Assembly: GCA_950097015.1 (NCBI GenBank)
Contig: CATNEN010000015.1
Span: forward strand, 124,001 to 188,000
Length of the DNA stretch: 64,000 nt
Reading direction: 5' to 3'
DNA from: Macrostomum hystrix
Taxonomy: Eukaryota; Animalia; Platyhelminthes
Shown here: positions 12,201 to 25,650 of the stretch, piece after piece
Layout: the number at the start of each line of letters is the position of its first letter
How positions within the stretch are numbered: the stretch's first letter is position 1
Notes under the pieces: model-generated
What the model was told of the DNA's origin: nothing
Seen by the model: the letters and a program-made list of their open reading frames with translations, nothing else
The model's database searches: none
Position numbers and translations under genes: made by a program

Positions 12201-15200
12201 AGCATAAGGAAAATGAGTGGAAGTAGAAATTGCTGTGGCTAGTGTTTTGTCTTCTTATACAAATTATTTTATCAACTAAAGTAGTCCTGAGAAGTGAATA
12301 TTTTCAGGAGGGCTTTGGGCACCAGCACAACATTAGCTGACCCGCAGCCAGCAAAGAAGCAATTATTCCTCTTACTCCTAAACACACACGCACACAGATA
12401 CCGTACGCAGACACGCACAGGTGTGTACATGCGTGCTAAATTTCATTTTGTCCTGTACGAGTTGTGTGCACTCTCACTGTGCTTTGGTGGTTGGCCCTCA
12501 AGACACTCAAATTAAACGACTCGCCCAAAGTATTCGACCCGCAAAAATGAAGTCACAAAAGCCAATAATGTTTCCTCGCCGCGAATTTAAGCTCAGGGAC
12601 TTTGGTACGAGCTGCGAATGCGCTAACCACTTGGCCACTAACCTTCCCCGAAATCAGCCCTAAATACCTTATTACATTTAGAAATAAAGTTTCCACAGAA
12701 AAGTTCCAGACTGTACTAAAAGTGAGCACATCCGTGCTAGACACTCGGGTATCGGAAATCGGGTAAATAATTAACCCCAGTCTGGCTTACAGTCAGCAAC
12801 TCCGGTTAGGAAGGACGACAAGAAAAGCAAGCAGCAAGTCAGGCAGGCCACCAGCTGCCCCATTGTGCTGCACTGGCTGCTTCACAGGAGCTGATTTTAG
12901 GCGGTGTGTCTCGCCTGATGCTGAGCTCAGGAACCTTGCAGAAAAATGTTGGTGTTTCCCGGATTTCAGTTGAAATCTGACTGGGTAAATGAATTGGAGC
13001 GGTCCAGGTATTAGTATTTATGGCTTGAACATATGGCTAGGAGAGGATTGGGGTTGGGAACGGCAACTGGCTTCCACAGCTCATTCTTCCCCTCTGCAGC
13101 ACATTGGTCCCCGCTGTTTTCCTCTCGCTCATCTCGCTGGCTCCCCTCCTCCTTTCCTTCTTCGCTCCTGGCCTTTGAGCCTCAAGTGGAAAAGAAGCGG
13201 CAAATGATTCTTGAGTCGACCGCGCCGGCCGGTAGGCGGAGAGGCAAGATGAAGCGATCGACTCCGCACCAGGAGGAGGTGAAGGTAGTATCCGTGAAAG
13301 TCTGTTCACTTCCTGAGCCGCGGTTTTTTCACACGCCGAGGACGTCCGACTGCCAGCCGCAAAGGAAGCCCTGAACGCGCTGGCGATGAGGCAACCCGCC
13401 GGATTGTTTGGTGGATGAGAAGCGGAGCTGGGCAGATGGGGTAGTTTTTACCGACTTGCAATTTCCTTGGCTGACATAAGCTAACTTTGTGTTGCCCGGA
13501 CAGGCAGGAGTGTAGACTGAGCGTTTGCGACAGACTGTTGGGTGGAATATCCAAAAAAACTGGGGTTTGTGTGCACGCTCTCCTGGCGCTGCAGTGCTTT
13601 CTGGTCCATACGACTTGCCTTCAATAATTAGAGCAGCTTGGCGTCATTGCAGCAGCCATCCATCATCAGAGAGCATTCTCAGACACCAATTGAACGAGCC
13701 ATGCGGAGACTGCAGGCTTCCACCGATCAAAGAATAATTGCCTGCGCTATGACAGGGAAAAGGTTGGGCGCCACTTTCACCATTTGCTCATTTTACTGGT
13801 CCAACAATATAATTTGCTACATTGCTTGGAAATGCGAACCTAAAATGCGCTTGTAAAAAAAGAAAAAAGAATATAAATATTGCAAGAAATTAGGATTCTA
13901 TGACTTAGTATTTAAAGATTCTAAAGTAAGCAATAACTTGACCATGCAAGGGTTCGATCGCGACCTCTACTAGCAAACCCTCGAGATGATTGACGACTGC
14001 GAACTGTCAAAGATATGCCAGAGATATATCGCTTTTTGATTGATTATTTAATGATTGGCATTTTATGAGATTATCTGACCGATTAAATTTTATTGCCTCG
14101 ATAATTATGTACCTTGTGAACAATGTACTTGTGTACAATGGTATGTATTTGTTAGCAGCGCACTGTATTTTCTAACGTATCTTTAATTCATGCCTACGGC
14201 GCTTTTCTGCAGCTGGGTGCAATTCAGCAGCAACGATTCCCGCCCGTTATGACCGCCGGAATGATGTCAGCATCGTCATTCGCTAACGACACAGCATCTC
14301 ACCTGTCTGTCCGGGGCCGCAATATTCCTCTATGAAACAATTCGTCCAGAGCTGCAAGCACGAAGCAGAGCGCTTAAACAGGCACGATATGGTCAACAGA
14401 GGACTATTACGAATCCCTGACCGACGCCGGATTTACCCCGTGTTCAATCCAAATGGCCTCTAAGCCCGGGTCTCCCGATGGTTCGACGACGTCACCATCG
14501 TTTTCCTCTCTGGCGGGGCCTTCGAGCGGACCGGTCGATGGACAGGGACGCGACCATCATTCATTAGTACACTTGAAGCTACGTGTACCTGCCTACTCAG
14601 CGGTTGTGCAGCTGCTCAAGCTTAGGCTTGAAAAGGCCACGAAAGACGCCAATCGGAGCAACTAATTTTATTATTTTGTTTGTCGCTTAAGCATCAAGTA
14701 GCAATTAGGGCTTTAATTTGACACGCCCTCATCGCGCCTTCTACACGATATCGTTTAATGTTTTTTTGCTTGTACGTGCACAAGAATGAAAGAACCTGTT
14801 AAAATGCACAAATAACATTCTAAATTATTGTTTTAATTTTTTACTTCACTTTGCCTGGCGTTGTTAGCACAACATGAGGATGCAGTATTTATCACTATTG
14901 TAGAAAAAAGTTTAATTTTGCGTCAAGCAAAAGTGGCACCTTTAACTTCACTTTTTACTTACGACACTGTCGACTTTAGACAATGTCGACACTGCCTCTT
15001 ACCTCGCTATTCTAAATGTAATTGAAATAATAAATTATTACTTTTACTATGGACTTGTTTGAAAAATGTTTTACCAGACGAATTTAAACATTAACACTTT
15101 GTTATAAAATTTAAGTTTATCGGCCTCATTTTTAATTATATCTTTGTAATGAAATTATAGAAAGTTCTATAGATCTAGGTGGGTGGTCGTCATTTCAAAG

Positions 15201-16659
15201 AAATGAATAGGATGTTCGGAAGGCTGCACTCTCAAGCTTACTTAGCTGAAGTATTAATTAATATAATTCACTTGATAATGCTAATGACGCTTTGCTGACG
15301 CATAATACTAGTTCAGGGCGTCTAGACTAAAACTACTAGCAACATTAGTTAATTCAGTTATCTTGGATAGTAAACCTTTATACTTGTTCGTATTATAATT
15401 TAAAATAGAATACCGAATTCATTACATCTTCACGATAGAGTTTCTAGAAAGTTCTTTTTTAGAGAAAAATCGTCGTTTTACTTACAGTTTATGAGTTATG
15501 GGCTTATGGCATATGTCATGTGACTCATGTCATATGTACATGTAAATATAGGCCTAGTGAATTTATTATTGTGAACATTTTTTTATAAAATAATTTAAAT
15601 CCTGCAACTTTTTCTCGAGAGACCTATATGCTGAAACATGGATAGTTACAATAACATGAATAAATTATTTATGTAGTATAGAAAAGAGTCTGATCCTAGT
15701 CTTTTTTATAGTGAATATCACATTTTAGAGGTTCTTTTTAAGCCTATCTAGCTATAGCTCTGAATTTGACAACTCATAAGGCTGTTATAGCTTATAAAGT
15801 TGGTTAAATGCCCTCAACTGAAAGGATATCAAGTTTCTTTGTTTTTCTTACTTTTTATTAGCTATAGGGTCCCAGGTCATTTCGGTGACAAGACATTTCG
15901 GTGACAGTCATTTCGGTAACAGAATTGGTCAGTTCGGTGACAACTATTTTTGCACCTAAATATTCTGAGAAAACAGCCTTCCACGATCCAGCAGCTGCTT
16001 AAAGCCTGCACTCGCCTTCTCAATCCAAAACTTGAAAAATGATTATTATACACATTTAATTAGGAACGAATAACTATTGAAACTATTGACTAGGCCCTAC
16101 TCATTAAATAATTTAATAATTTAACTCATTTAAAGTAAAACCCTGACTTAAACAGAGTGATGCAGCTTCTTATTAATAATTTTAGCATTATTTAATTAAT
16201 CTATATATATAAAAGTGAAAACTCTGTCTGTGTGTGTGTGTGTGCAACCTTTTGTCTTTATAGACGCCGAAACTGCTCAACCAAATCGCACCAAACTTTG
16301 CACATACCTAAAACCACCTACGCTGAGTGCAATAGGCTACTCAAATTCCCGAAAAATCATTTCCTTCCTGCTCAAAAGTGCAAAAAATGCTCAAAAATCG
16401 TCAAAAAATCACTCAATTCGACATATCGTCGCCCCACTTTGTCAGATTTTCTCCAAATTTGATCCACTTACACTTTACATGTTTTCCAACAATGCTGTCA
16501 ATTTTGAACATCTCTACTCAATCCAGAGCAAAGCTGCATCATCTCAAAGTGAGTCACTTTTTGTTTTCCGAGGACAGCCACCCCAACTCCCCTCCGCCAC
16601 TCTGCGGGCCAAATTTTATTACAGCCACCCCCTCCCTTCCCCGGGTGCCGAAGCCCGGG

Positions 16660-17268
16660 CTGTCAGAGAGGGCAATTCTGTGTCCTAGAAATGATGCCGC
16701 CAACGAAATTAACTACCAACTGCTTCAGGAGTTGCCAGGTGCAGTTTTCACCTACAAGTCAATTGATACAACATTGACTGATGACACTGCTGTGGAGTAT
16801 CCTGTTGAGTTTCTGAACTCTCTAGATCCTCCTGGAACTCCATCGCACAACTTGCAGCTGAAAGTTGGGGCACCAATTATGCTCCTCCGCAACCTGAATG
16901 CGCCAAGGCTGTGTAACGGCACCAGACTGATAGTCAGGCGGCTCTTCCCACACGTGATTGAGGCCACAATAATGACTGGATCTGGCAGAGGAGAGTCTGT
17001 GTTTGTTCCCCGGATTCCAATTATCCCCACGGACCTGCCATTTCAGTTCAAGCGACTGCAGTTCCCTGTGAGAGTGTGCTTTGCGATGACTATTAACAAG
17101 GCTCAGGGACAGTCGCTGAAGGTGGCTGGCATCAACCTGGAGACTCCTTGCTTCTCGCATGGGCAGCTTTATGTCGCCTGCTCCCATGTTGGAACTCCAG
17201 CTGGCCTATTCATTTTTGCACCAAGGGGAAGAACAAAGAATGTGCTGTATCCCCAGGCCTTGAGGTGA
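16660..17268 (+). pseudogene. Helitron RepHel PIF1 helicase C-terminal fragment
   Basis: ERAILCPRN...PVEFLNSL.PPG.P.H.L.LKVGAPIMLLRNLN..RLCNGTRL...QFPVRVCFAMTINKAQGQSL..FSHGQLYVACS. The Rep domain and N-terminal helicase motifs are absent. Confidence 0.92.
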
Positions 17269-17420
17269 CTCGCAAGCAATTAATAGAAAAGTAGTCACGA
17301 ATTGACCTTGACCTGTCTAACTCTGAACTCTGAAACAGTTTAATTTTGTTTCTTTGACATTGTTATTGTTATGCCATGGCTATTTTCCTTATGTATACGC
17401 GTGTACATGCATACTGTATA

Positions 17421-17683
17421 CAGAGGCAGATTTAGGGGGGGGCAGTCGCCCCCATAAATTTTAATCATGGGAATAAGATGCCCCCACCAGGGGCGCCCGT
17501 CGCAGCACTGGCGCCCCTTTTTGGCCGCTGGCGCCCCTTTTTCAGCCGCTGGCTCCCGTTTTTCAGTCGCTGGCGCCCTTTCTTGGCTTCTGGCGCCCTT
17601 TTTCGGCCGCTGGCACCCACTGTGATTCTCATGGCGCTCCCCTGACAGACCGCCCCAAAACAAAATTCCTGGATCTGCCACTG
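17421..17683. mobile_element. hAT-type MITE (263 bp) nested in the Helitron
   Basis: TIRs CAGAGGCAGATTTAG / CTGGATCTGCCACTG. 8-bp TSD ACTGTATA at 17413-17420 and 17684-17691. Internal ~20-bp GC-rich repeats. Confidence 0.88.
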
Positions 17684-19531
17684 ACTGTATAGAGGAGTGG
17701 CTAAGAGACATGTTTCTAAAGAAGTAATCAAGAGGGAGCTGTTTGGACAAACTTTTCACTTATTTTTTACTTAAAACGCCCTTAAACAAACTCTTCACTT
17801 TTCATTAATGCAGTAAATGAATACATGGTGACCTTCACTATAAAGTTAATACAGAGACGTGAATTGCTTACTGCTTTGCTTTAAATTTCTGCCCCAGAAA
17901 CAACGGGCAAAAAAAGCTAGTATTTTATATGTGTGTATAGTTAAAATGGAAGGCTGTTTTTTAGCATATTTAGGTGCAAAAATAGTTGTCACCAATCTGA
18001 CCAATTGTGTCACCAAAATGTCTTGTCACCGAAATGACCTGGGACCAGCTATAGGGGCCTATTAAAATGGGTAGGCCCTAGGATCTTGGTTCTTGTCTTT
18101 TCATATGCCACCATCTCGTCTGCCAACAGTCATGTTGACTTACTTGTATGCAAGTAAAATTCATAAGCAGATAAGTTGGCAAACTTAGCAAAAACTGAGA
18201 TGAGATTAAAATAAATCTAGGCCAAATACCTTGCTATCATGCCAGTGTACATTCTAGTATTGGATAGTAGATTAACATATTTATTTATTATTTGACTATC
18301 TTAAATACATTGTTAGTCCTTAATAGCTCATATTTCTTGTTCCTTGTAAAAGTAAATGTCAACTTGCAGCTCAAATATGCCACACTGTTTTTTTAAACAA
18401 TGTGATATCTTACCTAAGCTTTCATGCCACTATGATTGTAGATAATTATATTTTTGTGATCATAAAAGCTATAGCAGATTATTTTATTTTTCATGTAGCA
18501 GATGTTTTTACAGGGTTTACTTTTAAAGACAATTTAATAATAGACAAAATAATGGCAGATAAAAAGACTAGAAACCATTACCTCGTGACTTACCTTGGCA
18601 GGTGGTCCAGTCCAGACAGGTTGGATAGGTGTTGGGCATGTATGAACCAGCTCACTTAACTGAGCTCTTTATAATCCTATATGTCTATTATCAGAGTTTT
18701 TCTCCAGCCAGACCCTAGGGGTAGATGTTGTGATCAGGCCTGACTGCCCAAACCCATGATGCCAGCCAGGTGCAACCAAAACTACACAGTGCAGTGTACA
18801 CATGCACTGAAACCCCCAGCCAATCAGAGTCAATAATTTTTACTGGCATGCTTGCAAATAACAAAGCTAACAATTGGCTAGATGACATTAAATAACAAAA
18901 GTATCATAATGTCAGAAATTTAAATGGCATGATGCAGCTCTACACATGTGGTGCATTCTCTTTTGAATACTTTGTTTAGGAAGTCCATGACATGCTCAAT
19001 GGGATTCATGTCTGGGAACCAAGAATGCCAACCCAAAGTGAGCAACTGAGCTGTTCTTTCAGTTGACAAATATCATTTAATTGGTGTGACGGCATGTTGT
19101 CATCCTGGACAATACATTCACCAACTCAAAAAGCAGCATTGCCCAATGGCAAATGATAGGAACCAAGTCTGCTTTAGATCTATCTGCATAACTATTGACA
19201 TTCACATAGGCATCCATGAATGTCAATACCTATCCTTGTTGTTTAACTTGTTGTTAGCAAAATACTAACCCTAAAAAATTGAATTCATTATTGTATTTTT
19301 TCTACCAAACTAATAATTAAAAAAGTTGATCCTAAAGTACACTAGCATGTGTGTCATTGCTGTACACTAAAGTGGTGGGTGTACACTAGATTACTCCAGT
19401 GTAAACAGCCCATAAATATTTTTTGTGAGTAGTACAATAGTACAATAATAGTACCAGAGTAAAATAACTGGCATATTTCTAACCAAATACAAGACAGTAA
19501 GCTATTGAAATAGAATTTATAAATAGTTGCG

Positions 19532-19605
19532 AGAGTTATGTTATGTTAGAGTTATGTTATGTTAGAGTTATGTTATGTTAGAGTTATGTTATGTTAGAGT
19601 TATGT
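19532..19605. repeat. 16-bp tandem repeat (AGAGTTATGTTATGTT) ~4.5 copies
   Basis: Directly visible. Confidence 0.85.
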
Positions 19606-20433
19606 TTTTAACTGCATACCATAAATTTTATGTTTCAAGTCATTACAAATACAAACATATAAAAATCTTATTTCCAAGCAAGTTCAAATGCATTTCAGCT
19701 AAAAAATAATATATAATGAAAACAAAATCAATACCAAATACCTAGTTGAATATTTTACAAATCAATTAGTTTTTGTAAGTTCCAGTTAATGTTTTTTTAC
19801 AAAAAACTAATTAACTTTCCTAATGTTAGGAAAGTGAAAAGTACATTCTTCATGTAAATTAATATGATCCTTTTTTACATTATATTGAAATTTGTCTTGG
19901 TACAACTGTCCATGTGTACTGCCCTTGTGTTTTACAAATTTTTAGTTTTTGCAAGATTTAACATGAGACATTTATGAGATTTTAATTACTTGGCTAGCAC
20001 TGGCCTGCAAAAAATGTTGTATCTAAAAAGTGCTCAAAAGTACTTCTATGGTACTTGATGTATTTCTAAAAAGTGTGTTTAGGTTAGTAATAATTATTAT
20101 TTAGAAATCGCAAACAAAGTATTACCAATCATGTTCCTAAGCGTACTGTTCACTTGGATTTGATTATCGACTTTGCATAACTTGCTACTGAAAGCTAATT
20201 TTCTATGGTAGGCAAGGTCATAATGCTTTCACTTTTCATAAGGTGAAAAACACAGGCTGAAAAATCTATTAGCGCTGAAAAGAACATTTTTAGTGGGTGA
20301 AACTTTGTTGTCATGGTTATTTGCTCATTATTTTTTACCACCCCTCTTATTGAATAGCTTCAGCCCTGAAACTTGCTGATCTGTGCTGAAGACTTTAGAG
20401 CAGTCACTGTCCGACAATATATACTGTCGCCTT

Positions 20434-23400
20434 ATGGAAGTCTTGCAGCCTCCGCTGCTGCTGCTACTCGTGGCTGTTCTGAGTCCATCCGCTGTCTTAA
20501 CTGATAGCAGCTCCAAGCTGGTTCGCATCGAGTTTTTGACTCGCGAGGTTCCCATTGTGAACGATAAGATCTTTGTGGTGAGATGCAGCCCAGACCCATC
20601 TTTGGCTGGCCAGGTGGACGAAATCTACTTTAGCTGGGGCGAACAGCGCATCAGGAACACGAATGACAGTCAGCGAATCGACCTGGGCAACGGCACATTG
20701 CTATTCACTGATGTGGCTTACGATTACAACAAGCTGTTGTGCTACGTGCAGCTGCGCAATTCTACTAATCTGATGAACAGCAAGATCTTCGTGCCGCTTT
20801 TCCCCCTCACCTACGCCTTCAGCGGCACCAACCAGCGGTACCTGCCCAGCTTTAAGTTTGACAGGGACCTGAAACCCGGCTTCGAGACTAAACTCTCCTG
20901 CTACGGCCACTGCTCCTGCCAATTTGAGCAGAAATGGTGAGTTCTTACACCTGCCAAGCCCTCAAAATAAGTCCTCAATCTACACGAGCCTCGCACGTAC
21001 TCCGGCAGGTACATCCGCGTAGACGATCAGGCTGAGAAAGAGCTGGTCCTGGACCTGGACGTGCGCGAACTGGTGGCCTCGCTGTGGCTGAAGTCGGGGC
21101 CGAACATGACCTACAACCTGCTGTTCCATTCCAGCCCGCACTCCAAGAACGCATTGTTCCTTGTGCCCGCTGGCGCGAAGATACAGGTGAGTGGCTGGCT
21201 GGACTACCCTGCCTGCAGCTGGACTGTACTTCAACTCTGGTCTATTCCCCTCCATTGCTGCCAGGTGCTCTGCCGCCTACGCGCCTTCACCGATGGCGAC
21301 GCGCTCGATCGTCACCCGGTGTTGAAGTTCTCGGCAGACGCCGCCGTCGGCATCTTCAACATGCTGCTGGCTGCACCTCCAGTGCCAGTCACCACCCGGC
21401 CTAGATTGATCGAGCGCTGCGACCCGCTCGAGTCTGTTCTGAAAGACACACACGGATCTTGCTTGCCCCACCTGCAGCAGCTGCTGAAGGCTAACGGCAC
21501 TATGGTCAGCGCTGACCGGCTGCGCAACGCGTCAGTTGTTCTGCCGCCTGCTGCAGCCCGCTCATTGGGCCCAGACAACTCACACCTGGTTCACTGTGCC
21601 GCCCTAGCTCAGGTGGGTCTGCGAGCTCCATTGAGATTCGAACTCCCAACCTCTTGGTCTGAGGCTCCAATTGTAACCGCACTGTGTGCACTCTCAATGT
21701 TAACCGACTGTGTGCACTGAAGTACAGAACCTAACTGTTGAAAGCTCCCCTCTGCGCCTCAGGCCCTGTTGTGCTCATCAGCCCTGTGCTCAAACCAGCC
21801 GTGCCGGCAGCACTGCCTGCTGGTGCGCGACCATGTCTGCCACGGTGAGGTGAAACTGCTGCGCCGATTCCCCGACTGCGACAGGTTCCCGGACGAGGAG
21901 TTTGAGCCGGCCTGCCGCGATCGCTTCAGCCTGGAGGACGTCATGCTGCGCCACTCGAGACCGCCCTCCGGTGCTCTGGAGTCCGATGCTTCCGTCAAGC
22001 CCAGGACGTGCTTTTCCAGGCGCGACTTCTGGCGAGGCTTGTTCTACCAGCAGCCCAGCCTTGAGCAGGTGAGACCACACGGACCTGAAGTTTAATATTT
22101 GGTGTAAGGGATTGTAACCTAATAGCTAGAGCGTTGGACTCGCGACTTAAAGGTTTAGGGTTCGATTCCCGACTCAACTGAAGCAATTTTGCCCTTTTTC
22201 AAGATACTAATCTCTGCATTGTTTCAGTTCACGCACCTGTTAGAGGTCAGTTTGGGGTAAAATTAATTTTAGCAATTGTTACACTGACTGCAATCTAAGG
22301 TACACCAGGCTGGTTTTAGTAATCATTAGCCACTTAAGGAATGAATAGATAAATGCATTTAGGGCTAACAATACTCTACAGTAGCCTGCAATGTCCTTCT
22401 GTCTCCGCTCTCGCAGTCGCAGTCCTCGAGCTGCGCCAACTGGAGCTCGGCCAGCAACCGGCTGCTTTCGGCCACCTACTTCGCCAGCCTGCGCAATGCC
22501 GGCAACCAGTGCCGCAATCCCGGGGCCCAGTTCCACCGGCCGTCCTGCGTTGACCGCTCCGATCCCAGGTCTGGCTGAAGCATTGTCCTTTAGGGCTGTC
22601 CCTTCCTTCAGCAGTGCTGGGTCATTTAAGGACCTCCTTTTAGCTATTGCCCTCTGGATGCTTTTTTCGCATCTGATATCATCCTTTGGTTTCATTTGCG
22701 TTAAACTTCTGCATCCTCTCCTCAGGCCTTCAGTATCCTCTCCTCAGGCCTTCAGTATACTCTCCTCAGGCCTTCACTATCATCTGCTCAAGCCTTCCGT
22801 ATACTCTCCTCAGGCCTTCAGTATACTCTCCTCAGGCCTTCACTATCATCTGCTCAAGCCTTCAGTATACTCTCCTCAGGCCTTCAGTATACTCTCCTCA
22901 GGCCTTCAGTATACTCTCCTCAGGCATTCAGTATCCTCTGATCAGGCCTTCAGTATACTCTCCTCAGGTCTTCAGTATACTCTCCTCAGGCTTTCAGTAT
23001 CCTCTGATCAGGCTTTCAGTATCCTCTTCTCTGGCCTTCTCACGCTGATTGAACCCTCCTGACCCCTGTGCCGCAGGTTCTTCGTCACCTGCCAGGTAGC
23101 GGACTGCGCAGACGAGCTGGGCCTGCCGCCGGTCTCCTCCGCTGGCCTATCCGAGCCCATCAAGACCGCAGCCATCGTGGTGGCGCTGGCGGCCCTCATT
23201 GCCCTGTGCGGCTGCGTCACCCTGGTTGTTGTGCTGCGCAGACGCTGCCAGAAGAAGAACAACGCCAAGGTGACCGGCCGCTTTGGTCTGGGATGTGGAT
23301 CTTACAGTCGCTAACAATGCTCACTGAGTTCATTTGTCTTATCCCCCATTCGAATCCCGCCGCCGCAGGAGCCGGGTGAGGAGACGGTCAGTCTGGCCCA

Positions 23401-23499
23401 GAGCCACCAGGTGCTTGCTGGCGAGGGTGCGCCTGACAGGCTGGTCCAGCGGAATGTGAAATTCGGCCAGAAAACCCACCTGGCCAAGACTTATCCCAA
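20434..23499 (+). CDS. MuSK/ROR/Nrk-family receptor tyrosine kinase, exons 1-7 (signal peptide, Ig-like, CUB-like, Frizzled CRD, Kringle, TM, juxtamembrane); same gene as 37709-40259
   Basis: Exons 20434-20936, 21009-21186, 21265-21612, 21763-22068, 22417-22568, 23077-23269 and 23369-23499 join in frame. FZ-CRD: HCAALAQALLCSSALCSNQPCRQHCLLVRDHVC..FPDCDRFP. Kringle: TCF..FWRG..SCANW..NQCRNPG..PSC..CQVADC. TM: AAIVVALAALIALCGCVTLVVVL. Confidence 0.85.
22109..22176 (+). mobile_element. Degenerate tRNA-derived SINE head (intronic)
   Basis: A-box-like TAATAGCTAGAGCG and B-box GGGTTCGATTCCC at tRNA-like spacing. No clean cloverleaf. Confidence 0.35.
22712..23040. repeat. 22-bp minisatellite (GGCCTTCAGTATACTCTCCTCA) in RTK intron 5
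   Basis: About 15 variant copies are visible. Confidence 0.9.
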
Positions 23500-23956
23500 G
23501 TGAGTTGGCTATGCTTAGGCATAATCATTTGAGCATTGGGACGCTAAATCATCTCCAGCACTGGGAAAGTTTTTTTCTCGTCGTTTAATATTTCATGGCC
23601 TCTGAACATTCTTTAAAAATTTTAACAGAGAATTTCCCTTTGCAAAACCCACTCGAGGTCTAAGCGGTAAAGTAATTTCACTTTCCCTGAACCCCACTGG
23701 GTGGTCTTATCTGTGCAATAGCTTCTGCATTTCCTCTGCTCAGTTGCAGTTGCTTTAAGCCGGGTGTCTGAAAAGCCAGCTGTGCGCACAGCTGCAGACT
23801 TGGCGCCACAAACCCTAGGGCTGTGTTGTATCAATTTGGCTAGCTGATTATTGCCCGGCGTCTCTTGCTGTAACTGGTTTTTACACTTTGGACCAGGCGA
23901 GGATCGAGTGCTAGACCTGTCTGGTGTCATGCCGTCACAGATGAATACTTTAACTA

Positions 23957-25650
23957 GCCATTGCCAGTGCCTCAAGCAATGTGATAGCAGTATTAATCAA
24001 TAACAATTACCAGTGCCTCGAGCAATGTGATAGCAGTATTAATCAATAACAATTACCAGTGCCTCGAGCAATGTGATAGCAGTATTAATCAATAACAATT
24101 ACCAGTGCCTCGAGCAATGTGATAGCAGTATTAATTAATAACAATTGCCAGTGCCTCGAGCGATGTGATAGCAGTATTAATCAATAACAATTACCAGTGC
24201 CTCGAGCGATGTGATAGCAGTATTAATCAATAACAATTGCCAGTGCCTCGAGCGATGTGATAGCAGTATTAATCAATAACAATTGCCAGTGCCTCGAGCA
24301 ATGTGATAGCAGTATTAATCAATAACAATGGCCAGTGCCTCGAGCAATGTGATAGCAGTATTAATCAATAACAATTGCCAGTGCCTCAAGCAATGTGATA
24401 GCAGTATTAATCAATAACAATGTCCAGTGCCCCAAGCAATGTGGTCGCAGTATTAATCAATAACAATTGCCAGTGCCTCAAGCAATGTGGTCGCAGTATT
24501 AATCAATAACAATGTCCAGTGCCCCAAGCAATGTGTTGACAGTATTAATCAATAACAATGTCCAGTGCCCCAAGCAATGTGGTAGCAGTATTAATCAATA
24601 ACAATGGCCAGTGCCTCGAGCAATGTGATAGCAGTATTAATCAATAACAATGGCCAGTGCCTCGAGCAATGTGATGACAGTATTAATCAATAACAATGGC
24701 CAGTGCCTCGAGCAATGTGATAGCAGTATTAATCAATAACAATTGCCAGTGCCTCAAGCAATGTGATGACAGTATTAATCAATAACGATGGCCAGTGCCT
24801 CAAGCAAGGTGATGACAGTATTAATCAATAACAATGGCCAGTGCCTCAAGCAATGTGATGACAGTATTAATCAATAACAATTGCCAGTGCCTCAAGCAAT
24901 GTGATAGCAGTATTAATCAATAACAATTACCAGTGCCTCGAGCAATGTGATAGCAGTATTAATTAATAACAATTGCCAGTGCCTCGAGCAATGTGATAGC
25001 AGTATTAATCAATAACAATTGCCAGTGCCTCAAGCAATGTGATGACAGTATTAATCAATAACAATGGCCAGTGCCTCAAGCAAGGTGATGACAGTATTAA
25101 TCAATAACAATGGCCAGTGCCTCAAGCAATGTGATGACAGTATTAATCAATAACAATGTCCAGTGCCTCAAGCAATGTGATGACAGTATTAATCAATAAC
25201 AATGGCCAGTGCCCCAAGCAATGTGATGACAGTATTAATCAATAACAATGTCCAGTGCCCCAAGCAATGTGTTGACAGTATTAATCAATAACAATGGCCA
25301 GTGCCTCAAGCAAGTGATGACAGTATTAATCAATAACAATTGCCAGTGCCTCGAGCAATGTGATAGCAGTATTAATCAATAACAATTGCAAGTGCCCCAA
25401 GCAATGTGGTAGCAGTATTAATCAATAACAATTGCCAGTGCCTCGAGCAATGTGATAGCAGTATTAATCAATAACAATGGCCAGTGCCTCGAGCAATGTG
25501 ATAGCAGTATTAATCAGTAACAATGGCCAGTGCCTCAAGCAATGTGATGACAGTATTAATCAATAACAATGGCCAGTGCCCCAAGCAATGTGTTGACAGT
25601 ATTAATCAATAACAATGTCCAGTGCCCCAAGCAATGTGGTAGCAGTATAA
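23957..25650. repeat. 46-bp satellite (CCAGTGCCTCGAGCAATGTGATAGCAGTATTAATCAATAACAATTG), ~37 copies
   Basis: Period 46 (23964, 24010, ...). No unique spacers. Confidence 0.97.

Larger units (their letters stand above)
16200..17920 (+). mobile_element. Internally deleted Helitron
   Basis: 5' end TCTATATATATAAAAG follows an A (16199). 3' end has the hairpin TGCCC-N10-GGGCA then CTAG followed by T (17921). It contains a PIF1-family helicase C-terminus. Confidence 0.9.
15868..18046. mobile_element. Non-autonomous TIR DNA transposon (MULE- or hAT-like MITE, ~458 bp without the nested Helitron)
   Basis: ~100-115 bp imperfect TIRs, GGTCCCAGGTCATTTCGGTGACAAGACATT... and ...AATGTCTTGTCACCGAAATGACCTGGGACC, with subterminal ATTTCGGTGACA repeats. 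TSD AGCTATAG at 15860-15867 and 18047-18054 (a 9-bp AGCTATAGG reading is also possible). Confidence 0.9.

Noticed and set aside
9370-13400. Candidate signal-peptide exons for the BAMBI-like gene (e.g. donors at ~9918 and ~10690)
   Set aside because: None yields an ATG-initiated hydrophobic signal peptide in the required phase.
14330-14665. GC-rich coding-like patch
   Set aside because: Short ORFs with no recognisable motif and no consistent splice partners.
23957-25650. Regular arrays (46, 48, 67 bp) as possible CRISPR arrays
   Set aside because: The units are contiguous with no unique spacers, there are no cas genes, and the context is eukaryotic.
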